Both the position numbers and the translations under genes were made by a program. DNA of 63,796 nt, the filler included, from Olpidium bornovanus S191 (taxonomy: Eukaryota > Fungi > Olpidiomycota), in NCBI GenBank assembly GCA_017911155.1. It is 26 parts of 26 records of this genome, joined end to end, with 100 filler letters (N's around TTAATTAATTAA, not from the genome) between each part and the next. Parts side by side here need not be neighbours in the genome. Positions count along the whole stretch, not along the records: positions 21,064 to 24,110 come from JAEFCI010002158.1; positions 24,211 to 26,369 come from JAEFCI010007505.1; positions 26,470 to 28,018 come from JAEFCI010006167.1; positions 28,119 to 31,251 come from JAEFCI010007276.1; positions 31,352 to 32,772 come from JAEFCI010011996.1; positions 32,873 to 35,865 come from JAEFCI010008655.1; 20 more parts are not named here. One strand, given 5' to 3'. This document shows positions 22,903 to 33,620 of the stretch, piece after piece; within the stretch, counting starts at the first letter, position 1; every line of letters starts with the position of its first letter. The notes under the pieces are model-generated. The model did no database searches. It worked only from the letters and a program-made list of their open reading frames with translations, and was not told the DNA's origin.

Positions 22903-22953
22903 GGTCCGGCCGGCCGCGCCGCCCTTGGTTTGATGCGCAGGCAGGCCCGTTAA
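21315..22953 (+). CDS. ODAD4: Outer dynein arm docking complex subunit 4 (TTC25), TPR protein; exons ~21315-21464, 21686-21970, ~22301-22953
   Basis: SFQSYAAEGD, CLVSRSKSYLQLGD, QKADALYAKGDFEMALVYYHRGNKLRPELDEFRLGIQKAREAIDNSIG and KQLLGELYADKEYL...FWRQQKPMYAR are characteristic of TTC25. Confidence 0.92.
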
Positions 22954-23283
22954 CGACTCATCATGTAACAACACTTACGCCTCGTCGGGGTTTCCCGGGT
23001 AGGCACAGCAAGAGATAAAACAACAGAAAAAAAAAGTTTGTCTTGCGCAGGCGCGCCTGGATTTTGATAACGCCTTCCCCTCGCGAGATGTCAGCAATTG
23101 TCCGCGGTCGGCCTTCGTCGAACGAATTCAGCTCGCTCGAAGGAGCGTTCAAACCGCTGTCGGATGGGAATTCGTTCCCCCCCCCCCCCCCTGTTGCTTT
23201 TGGAGACGGTTTTGGGAGCTGGAAGGAGGAAGGGCAAAGTGCGGCGGACGCAAGGACGCAGCGATCCAAGGCGGAAAGTAAGC

Positions 23284-23454
23284 TGTATCCAGAGTGAGGC
23301 ACCGCTATCTACTCCGGGGCTTTTTAGGGTATGGTTTCAATAGGGATTCGACCAGGGGAATACAGGGGCTGGTATGCGCGGTGCGCGCACGGTTCGGCTC
23401 CCCATCCACCCCTCGATTCCCTACACCCCGTCTCACTTAACGCACCACCCAACA
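23284..23454 (-). repeat. LTR-like dispersed repeat related to 34858-35045
   Basis: TGTTG...ACA termini on the minus strand. Shares CAGGGGxTGG..TGCGCGGTG and CTACACCCCGyCTCACT blocks with the LTR at ~34950-35020. No target-site duplication seen. Confidence 0.4.
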
Positions 23455-24058
23455 CCCACGGTACCTCTATGTCTACTCCGTCTACCTTCGACGTCGTGAA
23501 CCTTGGTTCAGTCTCACGTTTACCCTGAGCATCAGTCCTGCGCAATTGCGACGGGACGCAACCTTGACATGCCAGTAAAACTGAGGACCTGCGCCTTGTC
23601 CGAGGGCTTGGGCGAACAGGCCGCCGGGATTGCCCTCCGGTCCAACACGTTCAATCGCAACGACTCCTTCGGCGGCCAGTCGGCGCAGGTGATGGTTCCT
23701 GGTGGTCTATGTGTTTGGAACGCCGGGAAATCTGAGTGCCGGACGCGAGCTCGCCGGCTCCCGTGTTGTCGATCCGCAGAGCGGCCTGCGCAACGCCCGC
23801 TTGAGACTCGAGGTGCCGCAGAACGGAGCGGATCCACTGTGGTTTCCTGAGAGCGCGCGCGGAGCGGCCTTGGGGGGAGGCGGCGGGGAGGAGGAGGAGA
23901 GGCGGGGCGGCGGGGGCGGGGCCCGCCGAGGGTGGCGCGGGGGTGCTCGTCTTTTCGCCCGCCTCCGGATTTTTGTCTCCCGCCCCTTCCCCACCGCGCC
24001 GTTCGCGCCCCCGCACGCCGCGCGAGCCGCGTCTCCGTCAAGGCGGCGCCCCCCGCCC

Positions 24059-24095
<37 letters not shown>

Positions 24096-24583
24096 CGCGC
24101 CCCCCCCGCCNNNNNNNNNNNNNNNNNNNNNNNNNNNNNNNNNNNNNNNNNNNNTTAATTAATTAANNNNNNNNNNNNNNNNNNNNNNNNNNNNNNNNNN
24201 NNNNNNNNNNCATGGCGAAGTCGGCCGACGCGTTCGCATCCTGGACTTCCTCCCCAGTTGGGCCAATTGCTGTAGGTTTGGATGCTGGCGTGTTAAACAG
24301 TTGGCCGTCCGCCCAACTCGCGGCGGGATCACAGGGGCTGGAGGGGAAATGGGGAGGGAGGAAGGGGGCGGAAATAGGGGCGGAAAAAAAACAAACTGTC
24401 GTCCTTTCTAAATGGTTTGTACCCAGGCACGTTCCCAAGGCCTCCTCCTTCAAATGTTTTTCTGAGCTGCGGAACACGAAACCCCTCAGTCATAGCGACG
24501 TCTACAGGAGACGCTCGAGGTTACCGCAGGTCCCCTGGAAGCAGCAGGATGGATTTCCCTGTTGACGTTTCTCGAACTCAACA

Positions 24584-25090
24584 GTGACCGGCGTCGTTTT
24601 GAGTGGCCGTTTGCCAAATGGTGGGGGGGATCACTCCACGGAGTATTACTATGTAGCGGGGAGAACCTGGCCTCCGTGCGGGGCCCGGCCGGAGCCGGTC
24701 CGCTGCTATCATAGGGGAAAACCGGACAGAGCCGGCCCGACGCCACCTTCTTCCGCCGCTCCTTTCCCTCTGTACACGCACAGACAGACAGACAAACAGA
24801 CAGACAGAAAAAACACGTCCCGTCTTGCTCAGGACAGCTCGCGGCCCCTCTCCACAAATGAGGAGCTTCTGCCTTACCGAGGAGGCGAAATGCCATTTTG
24901 GAGCGCGCCTGAAATAATAACAGCCCAGGTGGTCAATATCCGAGAAGTCAGGCCCGCCAAAGTTTCAAGTGGTATTTATTCGCTCCACGTAGAGGACGCA
25001 GGTTGTCACCGGAAGCTCCCCTACAGTTACCATGCCGACTCTCGAGTGTGGACAGCCACTTGGGCATTCAGAAACAGGAGTTTTTTTTAA
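24584..25090 (+). CDS. 3' exons of an unidentified protein
   Basis: Coding-like blocks EYYYVAGRTWPP and RPLSTNEELLPY...VWTATWAF separated by an intron-like low-complexity stretch. No family recognised. Confidence 0.3.
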   Translation: MTGVVLSGRLPNGGGDHSTEYYYVAGRTWPPCGARPEPVRCYHRGKPDRAGPTPPSSAAPFPLYTHRQTDKQTDRKNTSRLAQDSSRPLSTNEELLPYRGGEMPFWSAPEIITAQVVNIREVRPAKVSSGIYSLHVEDAGCHRKLPYSYHADSRVWTATWAFRNRSFF

Positions 25091-25907
25091 ATGGACTTTC
25101 GCGCAAGTTCGGGGTTGGTCCTACGCTTTCCCGATCCGTTTGTCGCTTTTTCGTTATATGAAAAGCTCGGTTCAGGAAGTCCTCCTTCGGGACACGGGGG
25201 AGGGATCATAAAAAAAATAAAAATAAAAATAAAAAACTAAAAAAACCACTCTTCCTCCGCTTTTTCAGGTGATACTTGATGGCGATGATGATATAGCCAT
25301 CTTTCGTCCAGAGTAGGGGGGTGGCCTCCTCGGTTTCAGCACGGGAGTTAAGAAGGGTTTCTGGTGTCCGGTTTGGGGTTCCGGTAGCGGATTCTCCATG
25401 TTGGCATGCAGGCAGGAGTTGGAATTTGGCGAGGAGCGAACGCAATAAACAGTCTCGCAGCCTTAAGCTGGCCGGCAAATTAAAAGTTTACCTTGCACGT
25501 TTGCGGATAAGTTACAACAACTATTGGCCCCACAAAATTTGGTCACTGGCGAAAAATGCCTATAATCGGCAAATGCTGCTTTCTGCAAACACGCCAAGAC
25601 GCGGCTGGCCCTAGTTTCAGCCCGCCAATAACAGCGAGAGGGGAAAAGCAAACGTCAAACACTCCTTCCCGCTCCTCCCACCTATTCCCCAGCCCACTCC
25701 CCACGCCCACCCCCCCAACCTTCCAGACTTGGAGGCATCGGCAACTTGCGTGGTTACGTGAGGGCGATTCGGGAGCAAAGCGGCGCTGCCTTCCGAGTTT
25801 GTTTGCCAAAGACATTATCTGCAAAGAATCGGAAAGACCTTCTCCCTGCGTATACCCTTGGAGAGCGGAATCGGAGACGAACAATGCAGAAACCTCCAAC
25901 GAAGAAG

Positions 25908-25940
<33 letters not shown>

Positions 25941-26334
25941 CGGGGGGTGGGGGGGGGGGGGGGGGGGGGGGCCGTTGTTGTGTGCGGAATGATTGACGTT
26001 TGCGGGAGTGGAAAGAAGGGGGGGGGGAAATTAATTAATATTTTTTGTTTTTTTTTTTTGCTTGCTGCGCGAGGGATTTTTGCCCGTTTGCGGGGGGCCT
26101 GCGACATGGGGAGGGGGGGGGGTCCCGAGGCATTTTTATTTTTTCTTTTATTTTGGTTTCAGAAAAGAAAAAAAAAAAAGAACGCTTGAGAGACACCACA
26201 CTAGCCCTCGAGGGGAACGCCCCAGTCGGGCGAAGAGCGAGAGAGAGGGATTTTTGCCGCGGGGCCGAAAGAGAGAGAGGAGCGTTTTTTCTTTTTCTCC
26301 GAGAGAAGAAAGCTGGAGGAAACACACGCTCCGC

Positions 26335-26369
<35 letters not shown>

Positions 26370-26825
26370 NNNNNNNNNNNNNNNNNNNNNNNNNNNNNNN
26401 NNNNNNNNNNNNNTTAATTAATTAANNNNNNNNNNNNNNNNNNNNNNNNNNNNNNNNNNNNNNNNNNNNCACTCTTTGCCTCTAACCTCCCGGTGACATT
26501 GTGGCCGAGTATCTGGAAAACGGTCGTACATTGCTATAACCGTTCTCCGCACTCTTCCATTAATTTTCAGCTGCCGATCTCTGTTCTCGCCGCATTTACA
26601 AGAATGATTATAAGTCTCTACAAAAGTGGCTTAAAGAGAAGGGAAATTCCCTTTGGGAAAAGCCACCTTGCAAACTCAAAGCCAAGGCAGAATGCATGTG
26701 TGCTACACAAATTAAAAACGGTGAAAATGCCGATGATATTCCCGTAGAAATCACAACTGCAAAAGCAAAATCTATTCTCGCCAAGGTTAGAAGTAATTAG
26801 GTAGGTATATTTAGATGTAACTAAC

Positions 26826-27053
26826 TCAACATACAGGGATTGTTTTATTTAGTTTAGAACTTATCTTTAATTCCTTGCTTATCTTGTAAAATTGGTATCG
26901 TTTTATTTCTTGTCCTTTCAAGAGTTTCATTAGTGTTCTTGGATTGAGGCTGGTTTTTTGTGCCAAATCACGCAGTGAAGAAGCATTAACCATTGTTGGC
27001 TGCGAACCTTCGAAAGTGACAGTTAAGCAATAATTGTAGGAACTGCGAGGCAT
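26826..27053 (-). CDS. Small basic ORF (75 aa) in the AT-rich island, possibly HTH-like
   Basis: ATG-started, intronless, divergent from the polymerase-like ORF. SSLRDLAQKTSLNPRTLMKLL resembles a helix-turn-helix. Confidence 0.4.
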   Translation of the reverse strand: MPRSSYNYCLTVTFEGSQPTMVNASSLRDLAQKTSLNPRTLMKLLKGQEIKRYQFYKISKELKISSKLNKTIPVC

Positions 27054-27174
27054 CTTTGTAAGTTGTTAATCTATTCCTTATTGTTGTTAAATAGAATTAA
27101 AATTAATTCTATGACGCGTTTGTTACGTCATAGGATTTCAAACGCAAAGTATAAATACAAAAAAATATTTTATT

Positions 27175-27624
27175 ATGTACAAAGTAAACAAAAGTAAAAT
27201 GCCTTTGGAAGAAGTAGTTATTCGTCGCTGTGAAATTGTGTCAAAAGCAAAAATTAATCAACTTTTAGCCTGTCCTGATGTGGAGAAGCCAGTAAAACAA
27301 AAGTTACGTGCTTATTTGAAGAAATGGGATAACCAGAAAGAAGGTTTCAATATCATTTACCATTATTCAAAGAATACCGTCGACCCAGCAGGGCGAATGT
27401 TTGCCCAAGGAGACGGTCTACAAAACATTAAGGGAGAATATCGAAATTTCCTTGCCGAGGATGAATATATCGATATTGACATCGTAAACTGTGTTCCTAC
27501 TCTGCTGCTGAACTTGTGTAAGAAATATGATGTCAAATGTTCCCATCTTGAAGAGTACATAAATAACCGCAAGGACACAAGCCCTCACTGCCCTCAAAGT
27601 AGTTACCGCCCGAACCCAAAATAA
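27175..27624 (+). CDS. Truncated TV-Pol-like (DNA polymerase A superfamily) viral/transposon polymerase-primase N-terminus
   Basis: AGRMFAQGDGLQNIKGEYRNFLAEDEYIDIDIVNCVPTLLLNLCKKY...LEEYINNR follows the PolA pattern GRL..NLQNI..IR..F..D motif A. AT-rich, intronless; recognisable sequence stops at ~27572. Confidence 0.7.
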   Translation: MYKVNKSKMPLEEVVIRRCEIVSKAKINQLLACPDVEKPVKQKLRAYLKKWDNQKEGFNIIYHYSKNTVDPAGRMFAQGDGLQNIKGEYRNFLAEDEYIDIDIVNCVPTLLLNLCKKYDVKCSHLEEYINNRKDTSPHCPQSSYRPNPK

Positions 27625-27650
27625 ACCAAACACAACAAAACCAAACCACA

Positions 27651-27662
27651 GGTTATGAGCCC
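27651..27662 (+). mobile_element. Copia-type primer-binding site (half-tRNAiMet) directly after a ...CA LTR-like end
   Basis: CA|GGTTATGAGCCC, complementary to the GGGCTCATAACC anticodon region of initiator tRNA-Met. AATAAA lies ~30 nt upstream. Confidence 0.7.
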
Positions 27663-27759
27663 AACGGCGCCCTGCCCGTGAACGCTCCCGACGAGCGCAC
27701 CTCCGCTCCCCGCTCCGGACGAGAGCAAACGAGAACACGCGCTCCGCTCCCGAAGAGCG

Positions 27760-28018
27760 CAGCAACCATCCCTGCACCGCTGCTGCGCGCCCGCCGCTGC
27801 GCGCTCGCCGCTGCGCGCCCACCGCCGCGCCCACCGCAGCCGCGCAGCACCCGACCACCGCTGCGCGCCGCCGCCAACGCCGCTGCGCGCTTACCGTCGC
27901 GCCCCTGCGCCGCCTCGCAGCGACCGCCATCGCACCATCCCAACGCCCTGCGCGCGCCCGCCGCCGCGCACCTCTGCGCCGCCGCGCAGCAACCATCCCT
28001 GCGCGCGCCCGCCGCCGC
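27760..28018 (+). repeat. GC-rich degenerate tandem repeats downstream of the PBS
   Basis: Recurring GCAGCAACCATCCCTGC and CTGCGCGCGCCCGCCGCCGC units. Confidence 0.7.
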
Positions 28019-29104
28019 NNNNNNNNNNNNNNNNNNNNNNNNNNNNNNNNNNNNNNNNNNNNTTAATTAATTAANNNNNNNNNNNNNNNNNNNNNNNNNN
28101 NNNNNNNNNNNNNNNNNNCATGACAAACTTCGACAAGTTATAGCTCCATCAGTTTTCAATATTTTTGAAATACACTTAATGGGAATTGAAGAGCACACCC
28201 AGAAGCTTCAATTCCATTAATCAAATTCCAGGTATTGTGTTTGAGTGGGTGTCCATAAATCCTCAAAGTTGGGTGACGGTCGTGTTGGTTCTACGTTGAC
28301 GGCACCATAACCTCGGCGCGGTTAGGGAAATCAGTGTGCTGGAATTCGCCTCATCGTTGCACGCCTGCTCCTTCCCCTTCCCGTCTTCTCCGCACATCCG
28401 CGCGCCCGCGCACCCGCATACGCCAACGCCCGAGAAAACATAAGCACATCCGATCCTGGTAGCGGTACTGGCTGTGCCGGATATAACATAATAGTTTCGG
28501 AGAAATCCCATACGTCCACCGTATAGAGTGTCACATACGCGGTCCAAATCTTCAACTAGCGTCGCAAGTCCGCGAATGTTGACAGTCAGCCTCGCTAGTC
28601 GAGCGCCACCGCGACGCTGTAGCCACGCGCCCCTGCTTATGTGTCCGCATTTCGAGGCCAGGTGCTGAAAGCAGTCCCCTCGTGCCCCAGATCCCATAAA
28701 ACATGGAAAAATTCCAGGCAGTCCAGAAACAAACTTTAGTACCCAACGGCCATGTGCGGGAAAGCGATGCCTCGCCTACGAAGAGATCGTGTCGTTTAAG
28801 ACAGTGACCCTCCGCATAATGCCATTATGTGTTCGACTGACTGTCTTAGTGGGCAACCGGCGATGTGGGCCCGACGTCAGGGGCTGAGTTGGGATATCGG
28901 ACCTACGAACAGCAAGCGAAATGACGGCAAGAAACCCGAACCAAGGAGAAGAAGTGCAAGCGGTGAACGTATAATGAAAAATAATGTGACAGCACACGAT
29001 CCAGCGAGAAATAGCACAGTGCTCTTCCGCACCCAAATGCTGAAGGACCTGTCGGAAAACGTGTGAAGTCCACGGTCCCAGAAGCCCACACGGCCTTGTT
29101 CTTT

Positions 29105-30935
29105 TCACCGGCGGGCAAAGGGGACGTCGATGCCATCGTGGTCCCCCTTCATCTTAAACTTGTGCAGGGCCTGCTTTGCCATCCCTGCCTGCATCTCAGT
29201 TTCATACTCGACGAAAGCAAGGTCCTTCTTGCTCGGTACCAATCGAACTTCCTTAAAGCCATCGTACCTGGGTAGAAGGGGGAGGGGGGGGGGGACAGCA
29301 GAGTGAGTGCGTTACAACCAAAGCGTCGCGAGCAGTCGACAGCATCGTCAGACGTGCGGAATACACGCAGTCGGAATGAAATTTAGCGGGTGGCATGTCT
29401 GACGACACGTACTGATTGAACAATGCTTCCAGCATCTCCGCCGTGGCCTCCTCCGGCAAGTTCTGTATGAAAAGGATCTTGTTGGGCATGAGATAGGCTT
29501 CGGGGATACCCGCCTGGTAGCCGCCTGAGGGTAGCCGCAAATAAAAGACAAAGGTGTCACAATCAGATGATATTTTATCGTGCAATCGGAACAGGTCGAA
29601 ATTTGCCGTCCCGGGTAATAGCATTGAAATTTGCATCATACCTTGTGCACTTGCGCCACTCTGGTCAATGCCCATGGCCCGTGCAACAGCCTGCTTCTTG
29701 CTGAGCGGCACGCGTGGCTCATCTTTCCGCCGTTCTTTCGTTGCACGCGGGGGGATAACGAGATTTAGGAATTAGGGCGGGGCGCGGCGTAGTCTATTTT
29801 CGCTGAACGGCAAACAAAGTGGCACGTTCACCCTTTTCCTCGTCTCGCTTCCGCTTGTGCTCGTCCCAGGTGCCGTCAAGTTTGGCGACTGCATCAGACT
29901 TTGTGTTCGAGTATTGGATGGTCTTTTGGAGACGTGAAACACACTCAGCATTTCTGTGCCGTTATGCGGTGATTTGCCAACGTGCACTAGCGGTGGAAAT
30001 GCGTGTTCTCACCAGGGGCTTGTTATACAGCATTAGCCCTTGCAGCTCCTTAAGCGCCTTGTCCGCCGTCTCCTGCTCTTTAAACACGACGAATGCCTGA
30101 CCTCGCATACGGTACGTGTTTTTGGCGGTCACGTCCAGAACTTCGCCGTACTCGCTGAAAAGCGTCTTCAATGTTCGCTTGTAAACTGGATAACCACGCA
30201 AAACCAGCGCGGACCGGGAAGAGCAGGGGGGTTCAAGAGCAGTCGTAGTGAGAGTGAGATTTACAGTCTGGTTTTAAAAGCAGACGGAATCCGGCGCCGT
30301 GCGCTTGCACGCCCTGCAGACGGCGGTTCGCCCGGCACGCTGGTTCACGGTGCGCTTCCGCGTGTGTTTCACAGGACCGTGCGAACCGGACCGGCTGCGT
30401 GAAGAAACTTTGCCGCGGTTCTTCAGAGCAGGAAAGAGTTTCCGGTTCCGCTTGCCAAATCTTTCCAACTCGGACCATGTTTGCAAATCTGGCTTATTTC
30501 CCGCGTCCAACTGCCGGCGCCCGAGTGCAGGGCCCGCGGTTCGGTCTCGTGCATCGAACCCGCAAAACTCCGGCGCCCACCTTCCGGCTTCATTTTCTCG
30601 TTAAGGTTGCCAACGTAAAGCGTTTTGCTCTTGTTGGATATGTTGAAATGCAGTGGAACCTGCACTGCCGGCACGGAAGGCGGCGCGTTCACCAACATGG
30701 GGTTGAACGGAGACGCGATTGGCGGGACACCGGGAGGCGGGCCGGGCACTAAGCCCGGCATCAGTGGCGGACGCGGGCTTGGGGTTGTCAGGAATTGGGG
30801 TGGTGCTGCTCCCGCCGCTTGCGGCGCTATCGGCGGCGGGCCTCCTGCTCCGGCAGGCATAGGCGGCGGTACCCCCGCCGCGCCAGGGGTGGGCGCCAAG
30901 CCCTGCAACGGCGGTGGAGCGGCAGGCGCGCTCAT
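29105..30935 (-). CDS. U1A/U2B''/SNF-family snRNP protein (two RRMs) with Pro-rich N-terminus; about six exons; apparently complete
   Basis: SKTLYVGNLNEKMK, LFSEYGEVLDV, MRGQAFVVF, IQYSNTKSDAVAK, PNKILFIQNLP, GFKEVRLVPSKKDLAFVEY; stop at 29105-07. Confidence 0.92.
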
Positions 30936-31351
30936 CGCCGTTGTGTTCGTTTTCTTTCGTCCCGCCGCTGGCCTGCTCACGCGCGCGCCGGGGACGCATG
31001 AGGGAGGAAAAAACTAAATAAATAAATAAAGAAAAAACTAAAGAACAAAAAAACTCGATCATCTCTGTGTAACCGGGGCAATCACGTGATCAGTTATTGC
31101 TAACAACATGTCATAGGTTCTATTCTGTTCTAGTTTATTTCTATGTTGTATCAATCACACATTCGTAAAACCCAATGCCCTGCCACCGGCCCCTCTTTCC
31201 CACCACTTCACCACCACCCTGCCTATCCCACCTCGATCTCACCCCTCCCCCNNNNNNNNNNNNNNNNNNNNNNNNNNNNNNNNNNNNNNNNNNNNTTAAT
31301 TAATTAANNNNNNNNNNNNNNNNNNNNNNNNNNNNNNNNNNNNNNNNNNNN

Positions 31352-32121
31352 CATGGCTAAACCGCGACAAAATGACGAGACGTACTGTGCTTTTTTCAAA
31401 GTCGTGCGGCACGATCACGACCACCTTCCCAAGTTTGCCGGACAGATTTTCCCAGGACTTTCCCTCGTCTCCGGATCTCCACAAAATTCCGTCAACGTCG
31501 TGGAGTGCGATGACCTGTGCAGGCCGAGAAAGTGAGCAAGCTGCTTCTGACCCCGCAGCCCGCCGCTGCACCACCAGCGTGGGGTTTGAACAAGCCGACC
31601 TTGGAGTCCGGGAAATAGAAGAAGCTGTCTATCTCAATGTCGAACGGCGTCTTAAAAGAAGCGGCGTCAATAAACTGCTCGCGGGCGCGGGCGCACGCTG
31701 CGCAGAAAGGCCCGCGACCTACAACGGTGTTCTTGACCCTTTCGGCAACAGCACATCGGCCAAGCAGTACATGGATCAGTGCCGCGACCACGAGCGTCCA
31801 CCGCGCCGCGGCCAGCACGCTCCACGGCGGCGCTTGCCGGGCAGGCTCGCAGGTCCGCCACTCCTCCGGTCGTGGAAGGGCAGCGGCGGGCTGTGGCGGA
31901 ACCAGCTCTTTGCGCGGCGCCCCCAAGTCGCTCGCCGTTGTTCGAACACGGCAGCGCCCGGAGACCGCGGCCGGACGTCCAAACTGCGAGCCAGTTACGA
32001 TGCGGTTGTCAGCGGGCGTGGCCCCACCGCCTGTTTCCAACTTGCCGCGGCGGCTGCAGCGGCGGCGGGCGCCGGGGCAGGAGGAGCCGCCGCCGCCTCG
32101 ATCGGCCGTGGCGCGGAGCAT
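31352..32121 (-). CDS. VPS10: Vacuolar sorting receptor Vps10/Pep1-like, 5' exons, 3' truncated; start uncertain
   Basis: Hydrophobic leader WTLVVAALIHVLLG, then SFFYFPDSK|VIALHD..GILWRSGDEGKSW (BNR/Asp-box SxDxGxSW) and VPHDFEK. Confidence 0.6.
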
Positions 32122-32678
32122 CTCCCTGCAGCAGTCCCGCGGCAGAGCGGTTCGCGACGGCAAGGCGCGGGAGCAGCAGCGGCTCTGGCTTTTGTTCCCC
32201 GCACCGGCCGGAGAGGCGGGGGAGTGCGCGGGGGAAGGGATTTCCTTCCTTTCCGCCGGTGCCGGAGAAGGGGCGAAGGGGAAAAGGACGGGTGAGATGG
32301 CGGGCGCTCGCGCAGGGCGCCGAGGGTAAGCGGCGGCGGAAGCTCCTTGGCGCACGCCGGAGACTAGGAAGGAGAGCGCGCGCGCGTCGGAACGGCATCA
32401 GTACACTGCGATGTCGGTAACCAGCGGGCTCCGCGCCGCAGGTGCACGAGGCCCCCCCCCCTCCCCCCTCCCGCCGTCGATGGCTTCTGCGAGATCATGT
32501 TTGGCATCAGGACGGAGCAAGCCGAACTGCGCGGCAAAACCACTGGCGCCAGTACTGTTACTGGTTGGATTGACAGCCGAGGCGGCGCTGCCCGTGGTTC
32601 CGCCGAGAGTGAGGCGGCTACCTTTTATCGTGATCAGGCGCCGGCAGCGGTTTGGCGGGCGCGCTTGCGTGCGTGCCG

Positions 32679-32713
<35 letters not shown>

Positions 32714-33101
32714 GGGGGGAGGCGCCGGGGTGGGAGGAGGCCTCGGAGAGTTCGAGGTCTGCTGCGCCCATGNNNNNNNNNNNNNNNNNNNNNNNNNNNN
32801 NNNNNNNNNNNNNNNNTTAATTAATTAANNNNNNNNNNNNNNNNNNNNNNNNNNNNNNNNNNNNNNNNNNNNATGGTGCTTACGGAACGGAGGCTGAAGA
32901 TGGTACGGCGGTGGAAGAAGAAGAAGAAAAAGAAGAAGAAGAAAAAAAAGAAAAAAAATATTTTTCTCGCGAAGGGCCCGTCGTGGCTCGAAAGAACAAC
33001 CCCCCCCCCCCTTCCCACCAAGGCCGGACTGGAACAGCCTCAGTGCGCGCGCGTTCCCGGTAGACTTGATTTTTTTTTTTTCGCGAAACTCACTTTTTGC
33101 A

Positions 33102-33620
33102 GGTCAGGTACCGGCCGCTGACCACGAGCGAATTCCTAAACTGCATGAGCTCCAACGTTCCGCTGAACCTGGATGAAAACAAGTTGTTCAAGGTAAGCAA
33201 AGGGGGTCGGGGTGGGGGGGAAATGGGGGGAAGGGCGCGCGGACGGGCATGCGCGCGTGTGCGCCATGGGGCAGCCCCAGTGTCGTTTTCGGACGCGGCC
33301 CCCCCTCACCCCGTTTGCGCGCGTGATTTCATTTGCTTTCTCCCCAGGACGGCGGCGGGAAGGAAAAAAAAAACAATTGTCGGGGCGCGAGGGTTGGGCC
33401 GCTTACTTTTTCTTCTCTCTCCCTTCTCTCTGCTTCTCTCTCTGTCCTTCTCTCTCTCCCTCTCTCCTCGGCCAAGGACTGGACGGCGAAACTGCCCTTG
33501 TCGAAGAAGTGGCTCGCGTTGACGAATCCTCCGGAGGACGATGGGGCCGGAAAGAGGGGGGAGAAGGGCAAAGACAAAGAGAAGAAGGGCGCCAAAAAGC
33601 CCGCGGCTAAGAAAACCTGA
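33102..33620 (+). CDS. 3' exons of an unidentified gene with a Lys-rich tail
   Basis: AG/GT-bounded exon VRYRPLTTSEFLNCMSSNVPLNLDENKLFK and terminal exon DWTAKLPLSKKWLALTNPP...KKGAKKPAAKKT*. Confidence 0.4.
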
